A stretch of DNA of 64,000 nucleotides from Anolis carolinensis (Eukaryota), in the NCBI RefSeq assembly GCF_035594765.1, contig NC_085841.1:261856525-261920524 (forward strand). The letters are read 5' to 3'. Shown piece after piece: positions 1-12,459 of the stretch; the first letter of the stretch is position 1; each line of letters starts with the position of its first letter. The notes under the pieces are model-generated. The model searched no databases. It was not told the origin of the DNA and saw nothing but the letters and a program-made list of their open reading frames with translations. The position numbers were made by a program, and so were the translations under genes.

Positions 1-1150
1 CACCAGCTTTACCTAATGGTCTTGCTGGTAATTAGTACAACAACAGAAATACTGTTCCAATGTGGTGTTGGTATACTTGGTCTGACTGTCAGATTGCCGA
101 TGGTAGGTTGATGAGAGATTAACACTATATCAAGCTTCTGGACCAGGCCACCAAAACCAGACTATAAATTGGGGTCCCCCATCAGGTATAATACTGATAG
201 GGAGACTGTAGGCAAAAAAGTGCTGCATGAAGAAGTGATCTGTTTCCTTTGCAGAAGGCACACCAGAACAGGCTATAAAGTGGTAACTATATGCATGCTT
301 ACTAGAATGGTAGCACAAGTGGTAGACAGGTGCAGATTGGTAATAAAGTGCATTGAGATCATCTTCCTGGGTCCTGAAGAGGTAGGCCGTGGCTGCCATA
401 ATCCACTGGGTCTTGTTATCTGATTATTGGTACATTGGCAGATGGCTTCACATAGTGCACCACTTTCACTTGGGCTTGAGGCCACCAAAATTTCCTAGCG
501 AGGAGGTACAGAGCCTTCTACAAACCAAGTCTTGATATTAATTTGACATTGTGACAGAAAGTTCTATTGCTTTGAGTCTTGAGCAGCATGCACCCATTCT
601 GGCATGCAATGCTTATGACAAAACTCAGGTGTGAAGACTACCTCCCATCTAGACCATGAGATACGTGGGTCATTTTGGATGAGACACAACATCCCCAGGA
701 CCAAGGGAAAATAAGCTACCTTTGCTAAATCAGAACTGCTCAGTATGACCCGAGATCTGAAGTGTCAATACAGCGATTTCATGGGTCTGGAGCACAATAG
801 GCGACATTAGTGGTCTCCACAGGCAAAGGGTCCTGCAAACATTGCATGAAGATCTGTTTGGGGGCAAAGTCAATTTTCATTAAGTTAATGGACATCCCCC
901 CAAGTCTATCATAGCTCCCACCTGTGAGGTCTGTCCTTTAGTATCTCATAAGATAGCAGCTGTCAGCAGAAGAACTCAAGAGAGCTTGTTTGTTATCTGG
1001 GGTTGAACAAGACTCCAACATCTCAAGTCAATTAAACCCATTTTAGGCCTGGATGATCTGTTTTCCAGCAGTGTGGGACATGTCTGTTTTTGCAAAACTG
1101 TTTCTAGTAAAATGGCCTGAAATGCTACAGTACAGAGTCCTGTCTAATTC
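1..1150 (-). mobile_element. Degenerate Ty3/Gypsy LTR-retrotransposon internal fragment (gag zinc knuckle, protease, integrase)
   Basis: Minus-strand translation gives YCSISGHF (knuckle, ~1095-1140), AMIDLG and LVLGMLCLIQNDPRISW (protease, ~655-920), and LLARKFWWPQ, MISMHFITNL, IIPDGGPQF and SSTYHRQSDSQTKYTNTTLEQYF (integrase, 1-510). Stops and frameshifts are present. Confidence 0.85.
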
Positions 1151-1439
1151 AAATGATCTTCCTCCTCCCTTATTTCTCCTTTGCATTGTTGTATTTATTT
1201 ACTGCATTTAAATTGTTTTTATTGGTATGCTTTTTATCATCTAGTTTCCCTCACATCCATTTTGTGTTTTCTTGTAGGAGAAGGCAACATTGAAATGTTT
1301 TAATGAAATAAGCAGGCATGAAGGAGAGCAAGTAGAGACAGGAGATATGTAGCTGAATGCTAAAACCAGAATTGTCCATGTCATGATATTTCTGATTTCT
1401 ATGTGTGGGTGGACAGTGAAGAAGCTGATGGGAAGATAA

Positions 1440-1800
1440 TGGATGCATTGGAAATATGATGCAAGAAAAAAGTTCTACTGATACTATGGACTCCCAACAA
1501 CACAAATAAATGCATCCTAGAACAAATTAAGCTTTAATTCTTCCTCACGGCCAAAATGATTAATCTGAGGGCATTGCACTTTGGCCATATGGTCAGACAA
1601 CATGATTAATTAGGCAAAATAAAGATACAGTTTGACAAGGTGGAAGGCACTAGACAAAGAGGGAGAATGCATTTGCATGTATAAACTCAAGCAAGAAAAC
1701 CGTGCTCCTGAGTTTGCAAGATCTTAGCAGAATTGTTAATAATAGAGTGTCTTGGCAGTCTCTCATTCATAGTATTGCCATTAAGATAAAGCAGATGACA
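1440..1800 (+). mobile_element. Old RTE-clade LINE 3' fragment
   Basis: Decayed RTE C-terminal motifs (LEI*CKKKVLLILWT, HFGHMVRQHD), similar to the BovB-type copy at 36.1-36.9 kb. Confidence 0.65.
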
Positions 1801-2532
1801 AAAAACAGGGGGTAGTACCTTTTGTTGAATTTGCTGCCTGAAGTGTTTTCCTACTTCATGTTGTTTCATGGAAGACTAAGTCTACTTACTTGTTTTTCAG
1901 AATCTTCATAGCCTTTCAGGAAATATGTACTAACCACCACCTCACAACCACTAGAAGTAGAATCTGATGACTATATCACATGGAGGTAGAGAAGCGTCTT
2001 CTCTGCTTTTTTCTGCGCTGTTGTCATGCTGCCGGCACAGAGTCCCCTGTAGCCCATCAGATAACGCAGGGCTACTTCTGGTGGGGCTCCATGGGCCTCC
2101 AAGCTGGCAGTTTGCCAGCAGCACAGAGAAATGGAGTCCAAAGGAGTCGGGTGTACACCCGATTCCTCATAGAAGAAGCTGGGGACAGCGGGGAAACATC
2201 ATGTGAAAGGATAGTAAGGGAACACAATGATAGTAAGGGAACACAGTGTTATGCTGGTCCATGGTTTCCCCTGTTGTTCCTCGGCTTCTCAATCTCCTTG
2301 TGATTCGGTCCTTAGTCATTGTGTACACATATTTATGTTACTGTTGCATTGTCGGCTATTAAACAGCGTTGTGACATCATGAAAGCAGCAAACCCAAAAC
2401 CTCCATGCCAAACTTGCACATATTAAAAGATTTTATATTATATTGTGAGTTACTGCCACCAGTATTAGCCCTGAGCCTCTGCAAAGGTCTGAGATACTCA
2501 GGTGGTAGCAGCGTTTAGGAAGCAACACCAAC

Positions 2533-2662
2533 AGGGATCTTGTAGCACCTTAGAGACTGAGAAAATGAAGTTGATAGCATAAGGTTTTATAGACTTCATG
2601 CATCTGAGGAAGCAGACTTAGCCAACAAAAAGCTTATACGACTAACTTTGTTCTCTCAGTTA
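2533..2662 (+). mobile_element. Penelope-type short repeat with decayed hammerhead motif
   Basis: Imperfect inverted arms around gcat-CTGAGGA-agcagac..ccaac-aaaa-agctta. Confidence 0.55.
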
Positions 2663-3135
2663 CAACCTTATCACACGGGGGAGCCCCCTGGTGCCGTTTT
2701 GCCAGCAAGTATGGTTGGGGGCGAGGCCTCCACTGGAAGTCACACAACATTGTGTGATGGCCGGTGTTGGGCTGCGTCCTCAAAGAAGACTCAAAGCATT
2801 CTAGGGTGCTTGTTTTGGTAAGTATGATGAGGTCATTAGTCTCTAAAGTGCTATCAGATCCCTTTGCATACTCGTATTTTCAGAGTAACATGGCTATGTC
2901 TTTTAAAAACTATTACAACAATTCAGCATACGTTGACACACTGTTCCACCTATTAGTGCTATATCTCAAAGTGCCTTCATGCCAGAGGAATACTCTGGAA
3001 ACAAAAGAGGTGCCAGTGCTTATGGCTGTAGTAACGTACCTTTTGCTGCTGAGCTATTGCTTGTTTAAAGCGTAAGCAGGGAACTGTTCCGCAGACCAAT
3101 TTGCAAGCATGGGGTGGAAGAAAAAAGAAGGCCAG

Positions 3136-3154
3136 AGTAGTAGTAGTAGTAGTA

Positions 3155-3197
<43 letters not shown>
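3136..3197. repeat. (AGT)n(AAT)n compound microsatellite
   Basis: Directly visible. It is followed by an L2-like tail remnant. Confidence 0.95.
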
Positions 3198-3199
<2 letters not shown>

Positions 3200-4281
3200 C
3201 TTTATCTATACCCCTCCACCATCTTAGCATTAGATAGGCCACTTCTCTTTTCCTCACTGCTGACTGATTAGCAGAGATGAGAGCAAAGCATGATCTGGCC
3301 TTCCTCTTACTAAACAGAGCTGGGAAAAATATTCTTTTCTTTTCTTTCGAGCAAACATATAACACATAGCCTTTCCCACATGCAGTTATTCTTTGTGAAA
3401 CAAAATTATTTTGCCACACAACTGGTTTTCAAAAAGAAATTGGGATGAGCCTACTCCCCCTCATTCTCTCTGGTAAATTGAGGGAATTAGGAGATTCATG
3501 AACAACCAGAGAAGACTTTTAGTTCTATTGCAAAATCAAATGTGGGGTTTGGAATTTCATATTTGCTTTGTAATGTCTCATACTATCAAAAATATGACTA
3601 ACCTTTGTGTTGGCTGGAGAATTTAATATTCAGACCTTAATATGTTTTGACAAACCTGATCTGGGCTGGATTTCTACTGGTAGTTTAGAAGAACGCAACT
3701 CTATCTATCCCTTCAGGGGCCTTCTTAAAGTCTGATGGAATCATTTGCAACCTCAGAAAATGACCCTACTGGTACTGAGTCTATGAAACATGGTTGATAT
3801 ACTATCCAAAGTAAAAGATGTGCAACAGCAAGACTGAGTGTACAGTGTGCCCTTGAGGTCTTGCCAAGTAGTTCTCTTTCCCTTGATTTAATACAGCAAC
3901 CCTCACGTATCAGTGACTGGCACCTCTTTAGAGCACATAACATTTATGCTATGGGGCATGGAACAAATCCTGACTTCCATATGTCTCTTACCAGGCTATC
4001 AGGCCTGATGTGACATGACATATAGCTGAAATGAAAGAGGACATCTATTTCCCTTTAAGAGAGATGCATGGCTGTGAGTGCCTCATAATGAAACAAGCAG
4101 CAAGAAAAATATGGCCATCAATAAAAGAAGTGATGATGCTAGAAGTTTTGGATTTTGTTTCTATGTCTAAGTCTAAGTCTACTATTAGTTAGATTAATTA
4201 CCTAATAAATAGTTAACTAAATGTACATGACAGAACAATGCACCTTCCTCCCTGATAACTTCCTTTAAAAAAATCAATTAT

Positions 4282-4427
4282 GGCTCCATCTACACTGCAA
4301 TATAAAATCCAGATGATTGGATTTTAACTGGATTATATGGCAGTGTAGACATATAATCCAGTTCAAAGCAGATAATGTGGATTATTTGCTTTAATAATCT
4401 GGATTATATGGCAGTGTAGAAGGGGCC
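4282..4427. mobile_element. PIF/Harbinger-like MITE
   Basis: Terminal inverted repeats (TIRs) ggctccatctacactgc / gcagtgtagaaggggcc, TAT/TAA flanks, internal ctggattatatggcagtgtaga repeats. Confidence 0.75.
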
Positions 4428-4957
4428 TAACTGCATCTTCATAGTGGTGCCAAGCCACTGATATGGATTTCCCCTCTTAATTAAACATTTCTATTCTTTG
4501 TAAGATGATTTTGCAGAACTTCCATGGATGGTGCTCTGCTGAACAAGGCATCTAAATCAAAGCTACGCCTACCCCTTGTAAAATACACAAAATCAGAAAA
4601 TGCTTTTAATTGCAAAATGCTTACCGGTTTGTATTTTTAATTAATATTTAATTAATATTTTAAGTGTACATAGGGACGGTACTTCAGTATGTTGAAGTAC
4701 AGAGGTGTACAGCTGCAAATCTCTCACCAGGTGAAAGGCCGGTCTTTCGAGATTATGAACTCCTGGAGTTGCCCACTTCTCACAGGTAAACAAAAAACAT
4801 GAAAAGGGGGAGCATGGACAAAGATGGGGAATGAATGGGACGAGTTATGGCACTACAGCAACGGAAAGCTAAACAGATTTAAGACACGTTCAATAAGGCT
4901 TGGTACGATAAGAAGAAGGGCTCCAGTTTCAAGCAAGATGGGTTTGCAATAACAGTA

Positions 4958-5280
4958 CAGTAGAGTCTCACTTATTCAACACTCACTTATCCCACATTCT
5001 GGATTATCCAACTCATTTTTGTAGTCAATGTTTTCAATACATTGTGATATTTTGGTGCAAAACTCGTAAATACAGTAATTACTACATAGCATTACTGTGT
5101 CTTGAACTACTTTTTCAGTCAAATTTGTTGTATAACATGATGTTTTGGTGCTTAATTTCCAAAATCATAACCTATTTTGATGTTCAATAGGCTTTTTCTT
5201 AATCTCTCCTTATTATCCAACATATTCACTTATCCAACATTCTGCCGGCCCGTTTATGTTGGATAAGTGAGACTCTACTG
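4958..5280. mobile_element. Tc1/mariner (pogo/Tigger-like) MITE, copy 1
   Basis: TIR CAGTAGAGTCTCACTTAT at both ends, TA target duplication. Near-identical copies lie at 18246 and 51923. Confidence 0.9.
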
Positions 5281-6706
5281 TATCTGTTTTCGGAGCCTCA
5301 TGGATAATGCCCTTTCATGTCAGGTACAGAGATGGTGAATGGAAGTAGCATGATCTGGAACATGATTGTTTGTGTTTTGAGCCCGGACATGCTGGTTAGG
5401 GGAATTTAGGAGTTCTAATTTAAAAATTAACTGTTCTAAAATGTGGAATGGAATGTCAATAGTTCTGTGGTATAGCATATATTTTTCATGCAAATGGTCT
5501 CAGGTTCATTTTCTAGGATTGCACATAGTGGGATTGAAAAAGTCTCGTCTAAGATCTTCAAACTCTGTTGTCTAAGACCTTGATGAATCCAAACATTATT
5601 TTATTTATGTATTCATTTAGAAACATTAGATTAGGATAACCTTGTTGTCTAAAACCTACGAGATTAGACAATTCTTCATTGATAGTTGAGCACTCTAACA
5701 GGATGGGTCCGTTTATGTTTACTAGTAGGAGTGAGTGAATGCAGTGACAGTATTTGAGGGAGCACAACATGCTCACTGTATCATTAGAGCTTCTTTTCCA
5801 ATGGATTAAATACATTTATAACCACACCCTTCTGTCTAACGGCATCCATGGCAGATTACGCTGATGGTGCTATCTGTCTCTATGATATCAACACAATTTT
5901 TACAAATCCATTTTAAAAGACAATCTTTTCAGACAAATTGTTTAATAAGATCAATAAATACAGCAAACTGTTCACACCCAGTTCTTTCAGGGATTACTAA
6001 GCTTTTCACATTTTCCACACCCAACCAGCCCTCCAAACCACCACTCCAATACCTTCATTACTACCAAATATCCTCTGGGAACAGCTTTCTCCCCAATCCC
6101 TTCTCAACAATTCCCCTTTCTTACTGATGAGAGAACCCCAATGGATTGTACTAGGAGATTTCCCCTGTCCCCTTCATTTTTTTAAGCAATCTGCATTGGC
6201 CTATGAAAAAAAACAACACAATTTATTTCTACTTTGGAGGAAGAAAGCCCAGGGGAAGTCTTCTACCAGAAGACTTCATCCTCTCATTTTACTTCTGTAG
6301 ATCAGAGCTGGTTGTCCCAGTGTTAATTGTGGCTTCCTTTGGGAGTTTTGAACAGAAATATTGTCAAGCACGAGAAAAATACTGTTTTCCTGGAAACTGT
6401 ATGATTAGAGAGGATATCCTTTTCCATTCAGACTTACGGTAACACAACTCCACCCCACCCCCGCCCCCCGACACACACACAGGCCAACAACCTTCCAACT
6501 CGATTTCCTTGAGATTTTGATTGTTCTAAAATCCCTTCTCTATCCAGAAAAGTCTCTTGTGTAGAAAAAAAAAATTACAGGCAGCAAAAAGGCTTAATTC
6601 ATAGCACTTTGCCATGGAATGTGATGTCACTTCCATAACAGAAGAGAGAGTGGGATAGAATTGGAGGGTGTAAATTGCTAATACATCCACATACTTATGC
6701 AAACAT

Positions 6707-6707
<1 letters not shown>

Positions 6708-6738
<31 letters not shown>
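6708..6738. repeat. (CA)n microsatellite
   Basis: Directly visible. Confidence 0.95.
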
Positions 6739-6741
<3 letters not shown>

Positions 6742-6927
6742 GTAACCGTATGCTTATCCTAAAATATGAATAAGAGTAGTTTGGCACCCTTACAATGTCC
6801 AGGACTGTCTTAGGTGAGATACTGAATTGGATACATTTATCAGTCTACTACTTTGAGCATTTCCTGAGTGAAATTTCACTAGCAAAAAACATTCTTGATA
6901 GAAATGACGTGAAGAAGATGATTTTTA

Positions 6928-7264
6928 GTAAAGGTTTAGGTAAAGGTTTTCCCCTGACATTAAGTCCAGTTGTGTCCGACTCTGGGGGTTGGTACTCATC
7001 TCCATTTCTAAGCAGAAGAGCCGGCATTGTCCATAGACACCTCCAAGGTCATGTGGCCGGCATGACTGCATGGAGTGCCGTTACCTTCCCGCAGGAGCAG
7101 TACCTATTGATCTACTCACATTTGCATATTTTCAAACTGCTAGGTTGGCAGAAGCTGGGGCTAACAGCGGGTGCTCAGTCCACTCCCCCGATTTGAACCT
7201 GAAACCTTTCAATCCACAAGCTCAGCAGCTTTGCGCTTTAATGCGCTGTGCCATCGGGGGCTCC
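6928..7264 (-). mobile_element. Full-length Sauria-type SINE
   Basis: tRNA-like head with B box (ggttcaaatc on minus), (ACCTTT)-like tail, 12-bp target-site duplication (TSD) agatgattttta at 6916-6927 and 7265-7276. Confidence 0.9.
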
Positions 7265-7369
7265 AGATGATTTTTACTTATCGTGTTTTCCTTTGCAGCT
7301 TCCATCAAATCCTGTCCCCATTCCAGGGTGTACTCTATGCTTCTGAATATTCAAGCTGCATAGTGGACT

Positions 7370-7591
7370 ATAGTCAGCCTTCCAGATATGAGGTTTCTGC
7401 AACCATGAATTAATGCATCCACGGCTTGAAAATATTTTTTAAAATTCCAAGAAGCAAACCTTGATTTTGCAATTTTATGTAAGGGATACCACTTCACCGT
7501 GCCATTGTATATTATGATATTTGAGCATCCGTGGATTTTGGCATTCATGGGTGGTCCTGGAACAAAACACAGTGGATATCAGGGGCCCACT
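7370..7591. mobile_element. Old Tigger/MER2-like MITE
   Basis: Decayed TIRs with TA flanks. The internal gagcatccgtggattttggcattc..ggtcctggaac motif matches the 60123 element in reverse. Confidence 0.55.
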
Positions 7592-8091
7592 ATATGGTGA
7601 CTTGATGACCATTAACTACTGCCTCATGAAATGGCAGTGGTACTGGTGAGATGCTTTCCTCTTGCTCTCCTTTAATTCCAGTAAGGAATTTCCAAATGCT
7701 ACTTGGATGTCTCCCTCTCATCTACCCACTTTCCTAGCTGTCCTTTTCCTGGCATCAAGGATGCTGATTCTTTGAAAATCATAAGATCTGGGATCCTCAC
7801 AGCCTTGGCTCCCTGTGAGGTATGCTTCAATGCCCAGCCAACGTGCAAGGGCTGCCTTGTGTTATACACCTGCATTGCAGCCGTCTGCATTGCAGAAAGC
7901 ATACAATGACAGCACAGTCAGGAGCAAATCAAAAGTTATTTTAGCAACTATGAAAAATTTTCCGTCCCACACATTTCTCTTTGAATATGAATCATTTATC
8001 CCATTATCCTCTTTTTCTCTCATCCAAATTCTGCAGTGTAGACCAAGTCCAAGAGCAATTTCATGGCTAACATCTTTTACCAGGCACAAAA

Positions 8092-8292
8092 GAGAACCAG
8101 TGTGGTGTTGTGGTTTAAGTGTTGATCTTCAGAAGATATGGGCTCAAATCCCTGCTAAGCCATGGAAAACTGCTAGACACCTGTCAGCCACAGAGGAAAG
8201 CAATAACAAACCTCATCTGAATAAATCTTTCCAATTGAATTCTATGAAAACGTTGCTATAAGTCAGAGCCAAATTGAAAGCACATAACATCA
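8092..8292 (+). mobile_element. Old tRNA-headed SINE with RTE (Bov-A-like) tail
   Basis: A/B-box-like head (tggtgttgtgg..ggctcaaatcc) and tail gctataagtcagagccaaattgaaagcaca. Related copies lie at 22218 and 23775. Confidence 0.6.
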
Positions 8293-8688
8293 TCAATCCA
8301 TGACGCCCAACTCTATTTTCATTGCTGACAAGCACTTATTGAGCACAAGTCCTGTCTGGATCTAGAGTCTGAAAACATTACTGATTTGTCTTATATCAGT
8401 TCACTCACAACATGGCCAATATAAATGCTGGCCATGGTATCCTGGGAATGGTAGTCCTTTATTTTCCCAAGCCCTTTTCATATTTCACAGAAGTTTCTAC
8501 CAGAACTTATTGCTTGTATGATCGTTGTACACACAACACTCACCACTCTGAAACTAGTGATGGACCTCAGGACTTTGGAGGAAACAAAGCAGTTCTGGAA
8601 AGCGAAAATCTTGTTCTAATTGAGAGCAAAGATAAGGAACACATTTAGATTCTATTCCATTATTTTCACTTGCTTTCATGGTCTAGAT

Positions 8689-8987
8689 CAGGGCTACTTA
8701 AATCTTTTCCACTTTCGAGTCCATTTCACTTGATAAGTTTTTATGTGAACCCAGATATATAGAATCAAAATTTTACTTGAAATAAATCAGCATTTGCAAA
8801 GCTTGCTAAACAGGCTAATTTTTGTTTTTAGGAAGTACTGCTGAATCATTTTCTGTAGAGTCCATTGTAAACACTGCTAACAGATTTGCATAAAAGAAAA
8901 CTTTTACTGTTGCTAATCTTTTGTGATTCCAATATTGAGCTAATGGAACCCCATTTGAGGTCAAGACTCACAGTTTAAGAAGCAATG
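8689..8987. mobile_element. hAT MITE
   Basis: Imperfect TIRs with a perfect 8-bp TSD gtctagat (8681-8688, 8988-8995). Confidence 0.8.
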
Positions 8988-9113
8988 GTCTAGATCAGGG
9001 GTTCTCAAACCTTTTCAGCCGTGGAGCCCTTTTTAAAGCAAATGTTTCTTGTGAAGCCCCAAGAAATCTTTATATGTTATATATATTATATAATATATTA
9101 TATATATATTGTT

Positions 9114-9355
9114 GGAGCCCCCGGTGGCCTAGGGGATAAAAGCCTCGCAACTTGAAGGTTGGGTTGCTGACCTGAAAGTTGCCAGGTTCGAATCCCACCC
9201 GGGGAGAGCGTGGATGAGCTCCCTCTATCAGCTCCAGCTCCATGCGGGGACATGAGAGAAGCCTCCCACAAGGATGGTAAAACATCAAAACATCTGGGCG
9301 TCCTCTGGGCAACGTCCTTGCAGACGGCCAATTCTCTCACTCCAGAAGCGACTCC
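9114..9355 (+). mobile_element. tRNA-derived SINE (family with Vingi-like 3' end), cut by the gap
   Basis: B box ggttcgaatcc. The body is nearly identical to the copies at 50924 and 34361. Confidence 0.85.
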
Positions 9356-9508
9356 NNNNNNNNNNNNNNNNNNNNNNNNNNNNNNNNNNNNNNNNNNNNN
9401 NNNNNNNNNNNNNNNNNNNNNNNNNNNNNNNNNNNNNNNNNNNNNNNNNNNNNNNNNNNNNNNNNNNNNNNNNNNNNNNNNNNNNNNNNNNNNNNNNNNN
9501 NNNNNNNN
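9356..9508. other. Assembly gap (153 N)
   Basis: Run of n characters. Confidence 1.
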
Positions 9509-10351
9509 CATGGGCCAGGCCAATGGCAGATGGATTGAAAGTATTTGTGTAAACTAATTCACACAGTGCAACATAAATTAATAAATATAGTATTTAAAAT
9601 AATAGCCTAAACCTCAAAGGAGGTGGGGTGCCTACAGGGCCCCTGAGCACCTCTCGTGGAGCCCCAAGGGCTCCCTGGGACACTGTTTGAGAACCGCAGG
9701 TCTAAGTTATGACATCAAAAGGCATGGCCATAACACTCTGGCATCTTTGCCAAAATGCTTGCTTCTATAGAGCCAACTAGCTTCACTCCCTGCTTTAAAA
9801 GCCTGGCTCATTTGCTTATATTCTCCATCCCCCTTGCAAAGGGGTGGGTCTGAGGAGGAATGAGCTAATTTGGAAGAACTTTGTAGAATGGATTGGTGAC
9901 TCCACTGGGGAGATTAGGTTTATAGGCCAGCAATACCACCCAGCTATTTTAGAACAGTGCTACTCAAAGTGGTGGTCTCTAGATTGATGCCAGGAAAGAA
10001 AGAAACTCTTTTAGCCAATGAGTACAAATGGAGCGTTCAGTTTCTGGCAAATGCTCTCCAATATCAGACATCTTAAGGAGCACTGCATTAGAACATCTAG
10101 TGAAAAACAGATAATTTGAGAGAGTGACAAGAAGGAGGTGCGCAAGACACAAGGGAAGAAAGGGATGAAATTAATTGCAAAGACATTTACACATGTTTAA
10201 AGTTAGTTGCCATTGACATCGAGGATAAAAGAGTTGAATCAAAAACTTTATGAGAAAAGTTGGATTTGAGATGGGATGTGAAGGACGGAAACAAGCAAAC
10301 AAGCTGAGTATTGTTTTTTTTTATTATTTATTTACTTAATTTCTACGCCAC

Positions 10352-10428
10352 CTTTCTTACCCAAAGAGACTCAAGGTAGCTTACAACTCAAGGCTGTAAG
10401 CTACCTTGAGTCTCTTTGGGTAAGAAAG
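10352..10428. repeat. Perfect 34-bp inverted repeat with 9-nt loop, built from an L2-type tail
   Basis: ctttcttacccaaagagactcaaggtagcttaca (10352-10385) and its exact reverse complement (10395-10428). Confidence 0.95.
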
Positions 10429-11976
10429 TGTCTCAATCCAAAGCACAGTACAAATGTGCTTTGGGTCTCAATCCAAAGCACAGTACAAATAAATATAATA
10501 ATGATGATGATGATGATGATGATGATGATAATTCTGTCCCAGACCCACTTGCCACCTTATCACCTTTTTTTTTTTTTTTTGCCCCTTACTACGCCGGGGC
10601 TCCTCTTCAACCACAGATCTGGACGTATCCCATCAGATGATGGCCTCACCCCATCAGTGGGAGAAGCAGTGAGGAAACATTGAAAGAAGCTTCCTCGCTG
10701 TCACGGTGAGTCTCCTGTCTTTTGGCTAGCTGCTGTCTGATGGGGGAAGTGACAGGGCACCAACATGCCTTGCCCCGATTCTGCTGCCGCCACCCCCCCC
10801 CCCCATGTGATAGGGGAAGGAGAGAGGGCTTGTGGCTCACTGCAAGTTGTCATGTGTGCCTTCTGTTTTGCCTGTGATTGCCAGCAAAATAGGACAGGGG
10901 GCTTATCAGTGTGACAAGGTCATTGGAATATGAGACTTTAAATGGCTCAACTGAAATGTCTGGAAGAGACTTTAATTCCAGAAATATCTGAAAGAAAATT
11001 TCACTTCTTTATTCAAATAGAACCTACCATATCTATACATGCCTTACAGAATAGAAGTAAACTGAAGAGAGATCAGGATCTGCAGGCAGATCTCTAGATG
11101 ACTTCCAAGAAGTAAGTATGGAGTTTCTGACTCTATATTTGACAATAGAAATTAAAATGGCAAGTAAAATATGTGTCTTCCATGTTTGCAATGTGTTCAT
11201 TTGCTTCTCTTTCTCAGTATTCCTTACCTGTACATCAGATATTTGGGCAACCTGAAATATAATTTGTAGCTGAATATGCAGGTTGGTCCTTCTCCAGAGC
11301 TACCATTTTACACCTGCAAATCTGGATCTCTGCACCTTTGGAGTAGAATAAGATCAAGGATATTTTGAGAAATGGGATTCATAAAAGACATGTATTGGTG
11401 ACTCAAATAAGTGTGCTGTGCCACATTCCAGAGGGGCATATATTAAAAATTCTCAGATTGTTGGTTAAATTGCAAAAAAAATAATGCCTGTCTGTAGGCA
11501 AAGGAAAGCATGAACTTGATCCTTCACAAGGCGGGAGAACATGTTCACTGGGATTCTGTAAAAGAAATGTTTCTAACAAATCTGAAAACTATCATAAGTC
11601 CACGCTGTTCCATATCTATATCCTGTCTCCACCTCTGTTCTATTACTAGCCTTTGTATATTTGGACTTTGGTATCCACAGGAAGCAACAGTCTCCTTCTC
11701 GATTTGTAATCCTCAGAAGAACAGATATAGATCCAATGGACCTACCAATTTTGTGAAATGTTAGAAATGTAGACCGTGTTTGGTCTTGGCCTGTTATATG
11801 TCCCCTGTGATTCTGTCAGTGTTTCTCACTTGGCATTCTCTGCCAAAGAATGCTGATGTCTCATCAAACTACAAATCCCAGGATTGTATAACATTGAGCC
11901 ATGGCAATTAAATTAGAGATGATGTCCCTCAAATATGAGCTCCAGTTGCTCCTGAAGCAGCTTCCCCTTTTGATTT

Positions 11977-12291
11977 GGTAAAACCACTGAGCTGCTGAAC
12001 TTGCTGACCGAAAGGTTGGTGGTTCAAATCCGGGGAGTGGGGTGAGCTCCCGTTGTTAGCCCCAGCTTCTGCCAATCTAGCAGTTCGAAAACATGCAAAT
12101 GTGAGTAGATCGATAGGTACTGCTCTGGTGGGAAGGTAACAGCACTCCATGCAGTCATGCCAGCCACATAACCTTGGAGGTGTCTACGGACAATGTCGCC
12201 TCTTCAGCTTAGAAATGGAGATGAGCGCCACTCTCCAGAGTTGGACACGACTAGACTTAATGTCAGGGGAAAATCTTTATCTTTACTTTAC
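11977..12291 (+). mobile_element. Sauria-type SINE (slightly 5' truncated)
   Basis: Homologous to 6928-7264, with B box ggttcaaatcc and an (ACCTTT)-like tail. Confidence 0.9.
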
Positions 12292-12324
12292 TAAGAAACA
12301 CACCTTTGCTAGAACTATGTATGT

Positions 12325-12459
12325 CAGTGGTTCTCAGCCTGTAAGTCCCCAGATGTTTTGGCCTTCAACTCCCAGAAATCCTAACAGCTGGTAAACTGGC
12401 TGGGATTTTTGGGAGTTGTAGGCCAAAACACCCGGGGACCCACAGGTTGAGAATCACTG
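12325..12459. mobile_element. Short palindromic hAT MITE, copy 1
   Basis: TIR CAGTGGTTCTCA.CCT, perfect 8-bp TSD atgtatgt. Confidence 0.9.

Larger units (their letters stand above)
8996..9699. mobile_element. hAT MITE containing a SINE and the assembly gap
   Basis: Termini caggggttctcaaac / gtttgagaaccgcag, flanked by gtctagat / gtctaagt (6/8 match). Confidence 0.7.

Noticed and set aside
3054-3419. ORF with a poly-Leu run resembling a signal or transmembrane segment
   Set aside because: It is a translation of an (AAT)/(AGT) microsatellite. The same applies to the poly-I/L/D/M ORFs at 10416-10683 and 51486-51853.
9098-9557. Long ORFs across the N run
   Set aside because: They are artefacts of the assembly gap and SINE sequence.
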